Origin: a virus
Reading direction: 5' to 3' (one strand)
Length of the DNA stretch: 64,000 nt
Virus record (IMG/VR): IMGVR_UViG_3300037470_000856
Span: 32,001 to 96,000 of that record
The notes beneath the pieces are model-generated. The model did not search any database, had not been told where the DNA came from, and was given only the letters and a program-made list of their open reading frames with translations. This document shows, piece after piece, positions 1-10,700 of the stretch. The position numbers and the translations under genes are program-made. Position 1 is the first letter of the stretch, and each line of letters starts with the position of its first letter.

Positions 1-298
1 CGATCTCCCCGGTTTCGACCCAGTCAACGCCGTGGAGGTCCATGTCGCCGAGGCGTACGATCGAGAAGCCGAGCGTCGCCAGCCGGACCCGGTCCATGAA
101 GTCTTGGTAGGCGGCGGTGTCGCCTTCTTCTCCCATCCCCTCCCACGCAACCTGTGCGTAGCGTTGCACATCCGTCTCCTCGTTGGAGCGAAGCGGCCTC
201 AGGGTGATGGCTTGTCCGTCGACCGTGAACGTCAGTTCATGGGCGTGGATCGTCTCGATTTGGTTGATTGCGGCCTCAAGGGCCTTGAGCTGGACCAT
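1..298 (-). CDS. Probable tail assembly chaperone-like protein (runs off window start)
   Basis: Not in the ORF track. Read by hand: ATG at 298 preceded by GGAGA, open to base 1 (MVQLKALEAAINQIETIHAHELTFTVDGQAITLRPLRSNEETDVQRY...). Lies directly downstream of the tube gene, the usual chaperone position. Confidence 0.55.
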   Translation of the reverse strand, partial: MVQLKALEAAINQIETIHAHELTFTVDGQAITLRPLRSNEETDVQRYAQVAWEGMGEEGDTAAYQDFMDRVRLATLGFSIVRLGDMDLHGVDWVETGEI

Positions 299-580
299 GA
301 CTGTCTCCACAGGGTCGTGGAGCAAGTCGGTGGTTCGTTTTCACAGCGCAAGCGGGTTCACATTTGTGGAAACCCATCTTCATCTTCATGGTGACCGTCC
401 CCGAGGGGAGGAGGGAGAACAGCTCGATGAGCGATCTGTCGGTTCCCATTTTTTCACGTTCACATTCGCGTCTGTGACGCTCCACCGATTGCTCGGGTTG
501 CACGAAAACCCCCCGCCCGAGAGCGCGGAGGCACTGTGGGGACAGGACGGCATAAACCACCCTACCCCCGGAATTCAGGG

Positions 581-1372
581 CTAGACCGTGATGAAGTCGG
601 ACGCGGTGCGCTGGTCGGAGGCGTTGAAGCGCACCGAGCCCACCTGGCCGATGGTCGGGTCGTTGCCGGTGGCGAGGAACTCGCCGTACTCGGACGAGAA
701 GTCGTGAACGTCACTGATCGTGACGTCGCCGGTCTCCATCAGCATCCCGGTGTCGCGGCTCAGGTTGGTGAGCGACCACGAGTTGAACCAGCAAGTCTCG
801 TACAGCGTGATGATCGCGGTGTGACCGCGAAGATCCCCGGGGAAGTTGTTCGGGTCGTTGGTGACCTGCGGGTAGACGATCTCCTTGACGCCGCCGTCGA
901 AGGTGCCGCCGCCGCCGTTGAACCCGACGCCCGACTGCCCGGTCAGGTCGAGGTCCGCGAGGGTCGAGAAGACGAGCTGCTGCTCGATGTCGAAGGGCCA
1001 CCGGTGGTGACGCAGCGAGCGCACGGGACCCGAGACTCCGCCCGCGTAGCCCGTGGCCTGCCAGAGATTGGCGAGATACAGGAGCGCGCGTTCGAAGCCG
1101 GCGGTCATCGCCTCCGTCACCGACGGGACGAGCTCGGCGATCATGTCGCCGAAGCCGATGCCCCGGAGGGTGTCAATCGTGCGCGTCTCGTTCGGCGTGA
1201 AACTCGAGAGGACGCCCATCTGAAACAGGAGGTTCGCGTCCGACCCGTAGGCGGGGGTCAAAAGGCGAACCTTCTGCGAGACGGCCGTGCGCGTCTGTGG
1301 GGAGGTGCCAAAGTCGTACAGGTAGCTCGATCCCTGTACGCCGTTGCTGGGGTTGATGTCCTTGTTGGCCAT
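581..1372 (-). CDS. Tail tube protein
   Basis: 263 aa, beta-rich, with ETR...RGIG...ELVP, PFDI and TLYETCWF..WS motifs typical of myophage tube proteins. Downstream of the sheath gene; GGAAGG RBS. Confidence 0.75.
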   Translation of the reverse strand: MANKDINPSNGVQGSSYLYDFGTSPQTRTAVSQKVRLLTPAYGSDANLLFQMGVLSSFTPNETRTIDTLRGIGFGDMIAELVPSVTEAMTAGFERALLYLANLWQATGYAGGVSGPVRSLRHHRWPFDIEQQLVFSTLADLDLTGQSGVGFNGGGGTFDGGVKEIVYPQVTNDPNNFPGDLRGHTAIITLYETCWFNSWSLTNLSRDTGMLMETGDVTISDVHDFSSEYGEFLATGNDPTIGQVGSVRFNASDQRTASDFITV

Positions 1373-1636
1373 GGTGCCTTCCTTGTTGGTCAGACGGCTA
1401 GCCCCAGCCGGGGCGACTCACCGCGCAAAGTGGAGACGAGACGGTCCCCTCTACAAGAGACGCCGCCTATAAACGGAGAAACGAAGAGAGCCACGCGCGG
1501 GCGACGCGCGAGGCGCTCCAGGCTAGAGGGTTGCCTTGGCGCATGGCCCAGCGTTTTGCGGGGTCCGACTCGGTCTCGAAACGCCGCGCGAGCTCGGTAG
1601 GCGGGACGTTCATGTAGGCCACATCGTGAAACTCGC

Positions 1637-2098
1637 TCACGGCCAGTGTCTCACAATCCAGTGGCTCGACCTGATTTTCACGTTGAAGCGAGATTGCAGG
1701 AACTCGTCCGTCGCCGACGAGCTGAACTCCTTGCAGGAGAACACATCGAGCGCGAAGCGGTGACGCAGGGGCCAGGTGTGGATGCTGAGATGGCTCGTGG
1801 TGTGGATGCTGAGATGGCTCGTGGTGTGGATGCTGAGATGGCTCGTGGTGATGATGCAGGTGCCCGTGACGCCGCCGTCGTCCTCGAGCGTGCCCCCCAT
1901 CTTGGCCGGCTCGAGCGGGACGGTCTTGAACGTAGGGGCGACGAGCACCTTCATGTCGAGGAGTTCTACGAGGTCGAGGAACACCTTCTTGAGGAACACG
2001 ACGTCCCCGAGCTGCCCCGACTTCTCGGGGTTCACGACGGCGTCGTAGGTAAGGTGCCAGCCGGCGTAGTTGTTGTCCATGGCGGCACTCGGGTTCAC
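1637..2098 (-). CDS. speD: S-adenosylmethionine decarboxylase proenzyme family
   Basis: GWHLTYD, GGVTG..IITTSHLSIHTWP and ALDVFSCKEF match prokaryotic AdoMetDC (G.HL..D; GvTg...l.ESH.SIHTWP; lDvFsC). Confidence 0.85.
   Translation of the reverse strand: MNPSAAMDNNYAGWHLTYDAVVNPEKSGQLGDVVFLKKVFLDLVELLDMKVLVAPTFKTVPLEPAKMGGTLEDDGGVTGTCIITTSHLSIHTTSHLSIHTTSHLSIHTWPLRHRFALDVFSCKEFSSSATDEFLQSRFNVKIRSSHWIVRHWP
1776..1850. repeat. 24-bp exact tandem repeat x3 inside speD
   Basis: gtgtggatgctgagatggctcgtg at 1776, 1800 and 1824, encoding TTSHLSIH three times. Confidence 0.95.
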
Positions 2099-2108
2099 GC
2101 CAACCGTT

Positions 2109-4703
2109 TCAAGCCCGGAACACCAGGAGCGGATCAGCTCTCGTGGCGCCGGATTTCAGCCTTCTCACCGGCATGTAGATGGTCGGCTCTACGCGGAAAC
2201 CAAGACGGGATGCTTCCCTGACCGCTTCGTCCGCGAGGACCACCCCATCGAGCGGCTTGGCGGGAAGGTTCAGGACGAGATGCGCCCCGAGCTTGAGACG
2301 GGCACGTGCCGTTTTCATCACCGGCACCAAGAACCCGGCGATCCACCTCGCAATGCTCCCGTACGATAATGCCTCGGCCGAGGCGCTCCCGTAGACCTCC
2401 AAGTCGAAGTAGGGAGGGGACGTGAAGACGAGGTCCAACGGACGACCAGGATCAAAAGTCTCCGCCCGGGCGCAAACAATCTCGCACCTGTCGACAACTT
2501 CAAGATCCCGGGCCAAGCGCAGGTTGCCCTCAACAGTCTGAGGTTCGACGTCGGTCCCGAGGTAAGTCCCCACCCCTGCAGCCATCGCCCCGAAAAGACG
2601 GCCACCATATCCTGCGCAAGGGTCCCACACGACGCCTCCGCGATCACCATAAGTTTGGCAGATGTACTTCGCCACCGCAGGCCGAAACACGGACGGCGTC
2701 CGGCACAGCATCTGGAGGGCCCGCAGCACGCGTGCTGGCGTCGTGGGGTGCCCCGCGTTGAGTTGCACTCGGACCGCGGCCCTAAGCCTGTCGTCGTCGT
2801 CCCATGCTTCCCGAACGCTACGCGCTTTCTTGTACCGGGCCTCGTAGCGATTCGGGAAGAAAGAGGCACACGCGATCGTGCCGCGCAAGGTGTACGGCCG
2901 CACGAATCCTTCCCCGTCAAGCCACACTTCCTGTTGACGCAACTTGGTGAACTCGGCCTTGGTCTTGGGTGACGGGAGGATATCAGGAAACCCTTGGGCC
3001 CTCAGCGTCTCCAGGATCTCCTCTACGTCCCGCACCTTGGCCTCTTCGCTCTTGTTGGCCCATAACGTGACATCGTTCCCAAGAAGTCTTTTCCAAAACC
3101 CTTGGTCGTGGATCGGATCGCTGTACCGCACGATTTTCACCGTGTACCCAATCTCCCGCGCGCGGGAGACCTTGAAGTCGTCAATCTCGCGGAGGCGCTC
3201 AAATTCTTCGTGGGTCTTGTGCCACGATTCGATGAAGTAAAAATGCTGCTCTCCGTGGGCCTCAATGATCAGGTTACGCGCCGGGAAATAGCCGTCAAAG
3301 TGAAATTTGCGCCCCGTTGCACCGTTCACAATTCTCGGGTCCGTCCACTCAGGTTCGTAGTGAACCCCCAAAAACGACGCCACCCCGTCCAGCACGGCCT
3401 TTTGCCAAGCGAGACGGCTCCGCGTTTTCAACCCGAGATCGGAACAGTTTCGGCGAATTTGCCACTGTGCGCAGCGGAAAGCCCTTGAAGCAGCAGCAGC
3501 GATGACTCGTCCTTTGTCATCCATGAAGGGACGGAGTTGCTCCGCCGTCAACACGAGTTTGTTGGTGGGGGGGAGCCGCTGTCCGGCTCGTAGTGCCGTC
3601 AGGGGGGCCTTCGGATGGTCCCGGCAATAACGTTCAAGGGTGTGCGCTGAACGGACGTGAGACGTGAGATTCTCCGCACGATGCCCGCACTCCCGGCACA
3701 TCACGAAGTCCTCCGGCTCGCTCTTTTCTCGCCACAGCACAAGGTCGTCCTCTGCCTTGCATTCCTCGCAGCGCAGATCGTGCAGTGAGCCCGCGAACAG
3801 AGACACCCGGACACCTTGTCCGCAGGTTGGACACGAAACCTCCTTGAGGGTCCCTTTCATGTAGTCGTTCGCTGCTCGGCCCTCTAACGAGCGCGCCAGT
3901 CGTGCCTGCTCAACCTTCTCAATGCGCCAGCGCACACCGGGCCACTTCGCCACGTAGACGGACGGAGTTGTCCTGTGCTCAGTCTTGAGGTGCTTCCACA
4001 AGTTCAGCGCACGATGTCCGCACTCCATGCAGACGACGTGGTTAATGCCCTCCTCGCCGAGTCGCTCCTGCTCACGCCGCTCACGCCATGCCCGGTGCTC
4101 GTCGTCTTTGGCGTGAGAAAAATGAGCGCCGAGTCCTCTCTGCCCTACGCACATCGTTCCGCACACGGGACAGGACGTGTCGGCTCCTCGATCCTTGAGG
4201 TCGCATGTCGTGCACAGAAACCTCGATCGCTTGGAGGCAGAGATGGCAGACACCTCCATCGGCTCCCCACATCCCTCACAGGGAACCTCGACGGTTCTGA
4301 TTTGTCTCGACTCCCTGGCGCGTGCCCGGTTGTTCTCAGTGGCTCTCACCGTCTGGAGTTCCCGTCCCCGCTCCCGAACCACATCACCGCCGTACACCTC
4401 CTCCCACCACGCCCGCACCTGCGTGTAGTGGACACCGAGGCGCTTCGCGACACCCTTCATCGGCTCACCCCTCTCAAAGGCCACGACGGCCTTGGCTTGA
4501 ACCGCAGAGTTCCCTGCGTTCCCCGTCTGCGCCTTGGCGAGTCCGCGAAGACGGTTGCCACGCTCTCGCACGGCATCACCGAACTCTTCCTTCCACACAC
4601 GGTAGACCCGATCACGACCCACGCCCACCCGCTTGGCCACGACGTTGGCAGCATCGTTGGAGCGGAAGGCGTCGAGGATCTGCGAGCGGACTTCAGGAGT
4701 CAC
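2109..4703 (-). CDS. HTH/zinc-finger + PD-(D/E)xK (Vsr/DUF559-like) endonuclease + amino-DNA methyltransferase fusion
   Basis: N-terminal HTHs; several CxxC/CxxC..H fingers; nuclease motif FHFDGYF...IIEAHGEQH; C-terminal MTase FRPAVAK..DPCAGYGGR..TSPPYF. Confidence 0.75.
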   Translation of the reverse strand: MTPEVRSQILDAFRSNDAANVVAKRVGVGRDRVYRVWKEEFGDAVRERGNRLRGLAKAQTGNAGNSAVQAKAVVAFERGEPMKGVAKRLGVHYTQVRAWWEEVYGGDVVRERGRELQTVRATENNRARARESRQIRTVEVPCEGCGEPMEVSAISASKRSRFLCTTCDLKDRGADTSCPVCGTMCVGQRGLGAHFSHAKDDEHRAWRERREQERLGEEGINHVVCMECGHRALNLWKHLKTEHRTTPSVYVAKWPGVRWRIEKVEQARLARSLEGRAANDYMKGTLKEVSCPTCGQGVRVSLFAGSLHDLRCEECKAEDDLVLWREKSEPEDFVMCRECGHRAENLTSHVRSAHTLERYCRDHPKAPLTALRAGQRLPPTNKLVLTAEQLRPFMDDKGRVIAAAASRAFRCAQWQIRRNCSDLGLKTRSRLAWQKAVLDGVASFLGVHYEPEWTDPRIVNGATGRKFHFDGYFPARNLIIEAHGEQHFYFIESWHKTHEEFERLREIDDFKVSRAREIGYTVKIVRYSDPIHDQGFWKRLLGNDVTLWANKSEEAKVRDVEEILETLRAQGFPDILPSPKTKAEFTKLRQQEVWLDGEGFVRPYTLRGTIACASFFPNRYEARYKKARSVREAWDDDDRLRAAVRVQLNAGHPTTPARVLRALQMLCRTPSVFRPAVAKYICQTYGDRGGVVWDPCAGYGGRLFGAMAAGVGTYLGTDVEPQTVEGNLRLARDLEVVDRCEIVCARAETFDPGRPLDLVFTSPPYFDLEVYGSASAEALSYGSIARWIAGFLVPVMKTARARLKLGAHLVLNLPAKPLDGVVLADEAVREASRLGFRVEPTIYMPVRRLKSGATRADPLLVFRA

Positions 4704-4704
4704 A

Positions 4705-4735
4705 CACTGGTCCTACCATGTCAGTAGGACCAGTG
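4705..4735 (-). promoter_or_regulatory. 12-bp perfect hairpin immediately upstream of the nuclease-MTase start codon
   Basis: cactggtcctac(4705-4716)-catgtca-gtaggaccagtg(4724-4735). On the minus strand the 3' arm contains AGGA and ends 1 nt before GTG 4703. Confidence 0.7.
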
Positions 4736-4747
4736 CAACTACTGAGA

Positions 4748-7700
4748 TCAACCTCCTAGGTTGGAGCGGAGGTTGAAGGTTATAACGATGTATAAAAGTG
4801 GAAAGACGGGCTGGTAGAACGCCTCCACCTCGACGACCGTCGGGTCGTTGGTGGTGCGCGCCTGGATGCCGGTGAACGCCGTGATGATCTCGGCGTTCTT
4901 GAGCGCCTTCATCGTCGTGGCGAGCTGTCCCTCGATCTCGGACAGGACTCCCGGCAGGAACTTGATGCCGATGAACCTGTCGAGGTCGCGCCGCGCGGCC
5001 CTCTGCACCTCGTCCGCGATGGTGATCACGGTCGGGAGCTTCGTGAGGATGTTGCTGATGTCCGTCGTCAAACCCTGGCGGATGCGGATGACGGTGCCGC
5101 TCTGGTCGAGCACGGTGACACCCTGGACAGCCACCTGGTTCTGCTCCACCGCGTCGAGGTTGCGCTGGAGTTGGTCGAACCCGACGATGCGAGCTCGCGT
5201 CCACGGGGTCGCCACGTCGATGTTCGGCCGCGCCCGGTCACCCGCGACCGCGGCCGCGAGGTAGGTCCCGTCGACCAGGAACTGCTTGTCGTTGCCGAGC
5301 GCGTCCTGGATGGTGACGGTCACGATGTCCGGGTAGACCAGGCGGATGCGGGTGTTGTGGATCTGGTTGGCGATCCCGCCCACGTCGCTCGGCTGCGTCC
5401 CCGACGACACCCCGATGATGGCCGTCCGCTCGGAGCGGTACCGGATACTCGACTGGATGTCGCAGTGGTTCTTGAGAGCCAGGAACAGGTCGACGTCGTC
5501 GCCCTTGAGCGGGGTGATGGTGTCGAGCGTCCCGCCGCCCGGAAGCGGCCCGCGCAGGTCGTTGAGCGCATCAAGGTACGACGGTGTGCTGGCCTGGTTG
5601 CTGCCCGGGATCTTCGGCACCTGCTTGATGCCGAGGACCACCGCGCCGTTCAGGAAACTGAGGAACGCCGCGAGAGAGACCGGGTTGTCCGGGCTGATTT
5701 CACCGTAATTGCGCTCCACGGCCCGCTGGTTCGTGAACAGCATCGTCTCGAAGTCGGCCTCGGTCTTCGTGTAGTTGTAGGTCACGAAGTAGCTGTCGCC
5801 GACCGCCGGCTCCTGGCCACCGCTCTCGAAGGTCTCGACGATCGCGGTGTCCCCCTGCGGGATGGTCGACCCCTCGGTGTTGGCCACCGTGAGCTCGAGG
5901 CCCGGGATCGAGTTGGCCGGGAGGTTGGCGTCAGTGGTGACGAGTTTGCGCACCTCGAAGGTGAACCAGGCCCCGGCCCCGGTCGGGTAGTCCGCCCCGC
6001 CCTGACGCTCGAGGATCGTGAACACGAGCCCCGTCTTGGTGTCGCGGTAGGTCTGCCCGATGACGCCGTCCTGGCCCACGCCGTTGTTGAGACACGAGGT
6101 GTCCACCGAGCCCGACCCGTCGATCGGATCGGAGCTCGTGACGTAGAAGCCCTGGAAGCCGCTCTCGCCGGACGCTCCGTCGCCGGAGGCCACGTCGAGG
6201 CCGGTTCCCGTGAGCAGCCACGAGGCCGTGCTCGCGTTCAGGAACGAGATGTTCGAGGACGCCCCCAAGCCGACGATGTTGTTGGCCTGCGACTGAACGA
6301 ACAGGAACTCGTTGTTCGCCGAGTCCACCATCTTGCCCGCGAGGGCCTGGTCGGCGAAGAACGTGGTGTCCGGGCTCTGGTAGTCCAGGAGCGCCCCGTT
6401 GACTGTCGTGCTGTGGTGCATCATCAGCGCCGAGGCGACCTTCTCCACCTCGACCAGAGACCGCGCGGCCGTGGCCCCCTCGGAGAACCCGAGGACGTCG
6501 TTGGCGTTGCCGTCGTTGATCGTCACCGCGGAGCTGGTGTCGGACAGGCTCGAGACGAGGCGGATGCCCGCGCCCTCCTGCACGACCGAGTCGGCGGGCA
6601 ACCCCGCTCCGACGCACGCAGTCTGGATCTGACGCAACACCGTGTTCGGGCTCGTCACCGGGCCGAGCGGCACGAGCGCCTCTCCGGCCGCCGGGATCGC
6701 GGCTCCGGTTCCGTCCGTGACGACAACCGTCACCGGGGTCCCGTCGATGTTGAACTTGAACACGTTGTTGCGCGGGTTTAGGCCGCTCGCCCCGTAGAAC
6801 TGCACCGCGGGCTGACCGTCACGGTCGTCACCGTAGGTGCCCGAGGCGACCTGGCCGTCCTTGAACCCGACCTCGCCGAAGAGGCTGGCGGGGCGGATGG
6901 TCGCCTCGATGTCCGCCTGCCCGAAGGCCTTGGCCGACAGGCCGGTGAACGCGGAGGCGTTGGTCCCCTCGACGACCAGGGAGGTCTGCGCGACCTGGCT
7001 CTCGGGCCGGATTGACCCGGATCCCGGGACGACGCGGTTGCGCATGAGGATGCGGTCGTAGAGGAGGCGACCCGAGGAGCCGGCCACGGTGAACCGACGG
7101 GCGATGTCGCCGTCGATGACCTTGGTCTGCTCCTGGCTCGGAAGCGCGTCCGTGGACAGGCCCGCGAGCACCGCGAAGTCCTCGCCGACCGACGATGCGT
7201 CGATGAACTCGAATACGCCGCCGCCGAGGCCGGTGCCGCCCGTGAGGGTGGACGCCGACACGGGGAGACGCACCCCGCTGCTCGAGGACAGGTCGATGAA
7301 GTTGCCGCTCGGCCCGGGGACGGCCGCCGTGAGATCCACGGTGGATGATGTGCCCGAGGTGTTGTCGGCCGTGACGAGCGCGTCGAGCCCGTTGAGGGGG
7401 TCGGTGGTCGCCGTGACGATAGTCGTCGCGACGCCCACGTCGGTGAGGCCCCCGCCGAAGGTCGCTCCCGAGACGGGGAGGCGCACGCCGGGCGAACTCA
7501 TGAGCAGGACGCCGTTCGCCCCCACGCCCGGGATGTTCGCCCACACGGTGACCGTGGTGGACGTGCCACCCTCGTTGTTCGCCGTGAGGTACAGCGCCAG
7601 GCCGTTGCCGGGATCGTTGATCGCGGCGACGATAGAGGTGGCCACCGACAGGTTGGTACCGACGCCTCCCTGGAGGGTGAGGGCCGACATGAGCAGGCGA

Positions 7701-10700
7701 GTCGCGCTCGAGCTCGTGGTGTCGATGATGTTGCCCGCGTTTCCGGGGGTGACCGCGGTCATCGTGACCCCGCTGCCCACCGCCATGGCGGTGACCGTGA
7801 CGCTGATGCCGTTGCCGGCGTCGTTGATCGCCGCGGCGATGGAGGCCGCCACCGTGGTGTTGTCGCCCACGCCGCCGAGCAGCGTGCCGCCCGACAGGAC
7901 AATGCGCGCCGCCGCGGTGGTGCTGAGAGTGATGCCGTCGCCGACGATTCCCGGGGTGAACGCGTCGATGGTGACCACGTTCGAGGTGCCGCCGACGTTG
8001 CTCGCGACCACGAGGGTCAGGCCGTTGGCCAGGTCGGTGATGGCCGCCACGAGGCTCGTCGCCACCGAGATGTCGTCGCCCACGCCACCGAGCAGCGTGC
8101 CGCCCGACAAGACGAAGCGTCCCGCCGCGGTGGTGCTGAGGGTGATGAAGTTGCCGACGATTCCCGGGATGACCGCCGTGAGATTCACAGTGGTGCCCAC
8201 GACGACCGCGCTGACGTCGCCGTCGAACGAGTTCGCCACGTCGTTGATGGCCGCCGCGGCGTCCGTGGCCGCGGTCGCGTCGGTCCCGACGCCGCCCATG
8301 AGGGTGGCCGCGCCGAAGGTGAGTCGAACTGGCGCCGTGGAGACGGTGCTGATCGAGTCGCCCGCGACTCCGGGGGTGATGGCCCGGATGTCGACCACCG
8401 CCGAGGCGCCACCCGTGTTGTGGGCCTGCACGGTGCCCGTGAGTCCGTTGAGCGGGTCGAGGATCGCCGCGACGATGGCCGTCGCGGTGGCGATCTCGTC
8501 GCCCACGCCGCCGCCGAAGCCCCCGGTGGTGGTCACGGTGCCGTCCGAACTCATGTTCGTGACGACGTTGGCGAACGATCCGGGGACCGTCCAGGGCAGC
8601 GTCACGTCCGAGGGCCCAGGCCCCACCGCCGCGGACATAAACGTCGAGAAGGAGTTGGCCGGGTCGTTGAGGGCCGCCGCGATCTCGGCGGCGATGGCCG
8701 CCGTGGTGCCGAGCGTCTCGTCGTAGTCGTTCGCGCCCGGAGTGCGGGGGCCGCCCGCGGGAGAGAGCGGGAATGGACCGCCGTTGGCGCCACCCGAATC
8801 GATTGTAATCGTGGCGGAGGCCGGCGCGGCCATCACAATAAGCGTGTCGATCGCCTGGATGCCGGCGTTGAAATTGAGGCCGCCGGGGGTGGTGACGTCG
8901 TCAGCCGTGAGGGCGATGCCCGCGATGATGAGGGTGTCGCCGTACAAGACACCCGTGCTTGGGCCGAGCGAGTCGGCCACGACGGTCAGCATGCCAAGGG
9001 ACCGCGTGCCCGCGTCGAAGTCGTCCGCGCCTGGGGTGCGGGCGCCCTCGACCGGGGTCAGCACGTTGCCGTTGATCGCGGTGGTGTCCGCCGCGACGAC
9101 GGGCCACGGGCCGGCCGAGACCGCCCGCACGCCCATCGTCATGAAGTCACCGGTGGCCGCGGTACCGACGTTGAAGTCCATGCCGCCCGGGGTCAGCGTG
9201 TTGCTGGCCGTCAGGGTGACCGGACCTCCACCCACCACCGAGGTGTCGATGGTGATCGTGTCGCCGTACTGGACGCCGGTGAGCGTCGCCGAACCGGTCG
9301 AGCGGGTGCCCTCGTCGAAGTTGAGACCGCCCGGGGTCTGCGCACCCAGGGCCGTCAGGGTGATGCCGTCGACGGTGACCGTGTCGTTCGGGATCGGGCC
9401 CGAGACGGTGAGGGTGCCCGTCGCCTGGGTGCCCTCGTTGAAATTAATGCCGCCCGGGGTCTGAGCGCCGGTCGCCGTGATGAGCACGGGACCGCCGCCG
9501 AGCACGGTGGTGTCGATGGTGAAGGTGTCACCCGGTTCTACGCTCATCGGGATGAGCGTCCCTCGAGCCTGGCCCGTGTCGTAGTTCAGGCCGCCCGCGG
9601 TGACGCCCAGCTCGCCCGTGAGAGTGATGCCCCCGATGGTGATGGTGTCGCCCACGATCGATCCGACGTTGGTCACGGTGCCCGTGGCGAAGGTGCCGAG
9701 GTCCGTGTCCGCACCGGTGAAGGTGAAGCGCATCTGGCCGTCCGCGTTCGCGCTGCAGACGATGTCGATGCCGTCGAAAGAGGCCGGGAGGGCCGCGATC
9801 GCGGTGTCGAGCGCCGAGTTGACCGCGGCCGCCATGGTGGAGGGCGACAGGTAGATTCCCGGGGCGATAGTCGCCGTGACGGGGCCCGTCGAGCCGTTGG
9901 TGACGCCCATGTAGTTGAAGACGAGCTGGTCGTACTCGCCCGCCGTCATGACGGTCGCCCCGAGGAACCGCGTCGTGCCGTCCAGGAAGGGAGCGTTGGC
10001 GACGAGTTTGGCGTCGGCGTTGATGGCCTCGACGTAGGCGTCGGCGTCGACGCCCGTCTGCGAGGGCACCGTCACGGTGAGGACCACTCCATCCACGGTC
10101 ATCGCCACGGTGTCATTGATGCCCGAGAGGATGTCGTAGGTCGTCTTACCCGAGTCGTCGGTGTAGGCGATCTCGTCGCCGAGCAGGCTCGCGCTGAACC
10201 CGAGACCCTGCACCCCGTGCGGGGCGGACAGGTCGATGCCCGCAGCTCCGCCCGCCAGCACCGCGCTGTCCACGAGGAAACGCGCGCGGTCGGACTCGCC
10301 GGTCACGAAGGCGTAAGGACCCGCGCCATCGACCGTGAACTTGGCGATGGTGGCGTCCTCGTCCGCGAAGGTGACGGTGACCGTCTCCTCGACGGGACCG
10401 TCCGTGCCACCCTCGAAGTGCACGTCCGGCGTGAGCTCGGAGCCCGAGGGGAACTGCACGGTGACGCCGGTCATGGCCGGCCCCTTCACGCCGAAGTTCG
10501 GCGTGAAAATCGGGTTTCCGTTCGAGTCGAACAGGAAGTAGTTGCCGATGCCCGAGGGTCCGGAGGTCTCGACCGTGACGGTGTACTCCTCGTCGACGAG
10601 GATGTTGTAGTAGAAGGTCGCCCACACATCGGCGCCCACGGGCACCGGGTCCTTGAGGGTGATCTCCGTGCCGTTGACCGCCGTGACGGCGACCGCTCCG

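Noticed and set aside
276-560. 94-aa minus-strand ORF
   Set aside because: Atypical composition; it overlaps the better gene starting at 298 and is more plausibly leader sequence.
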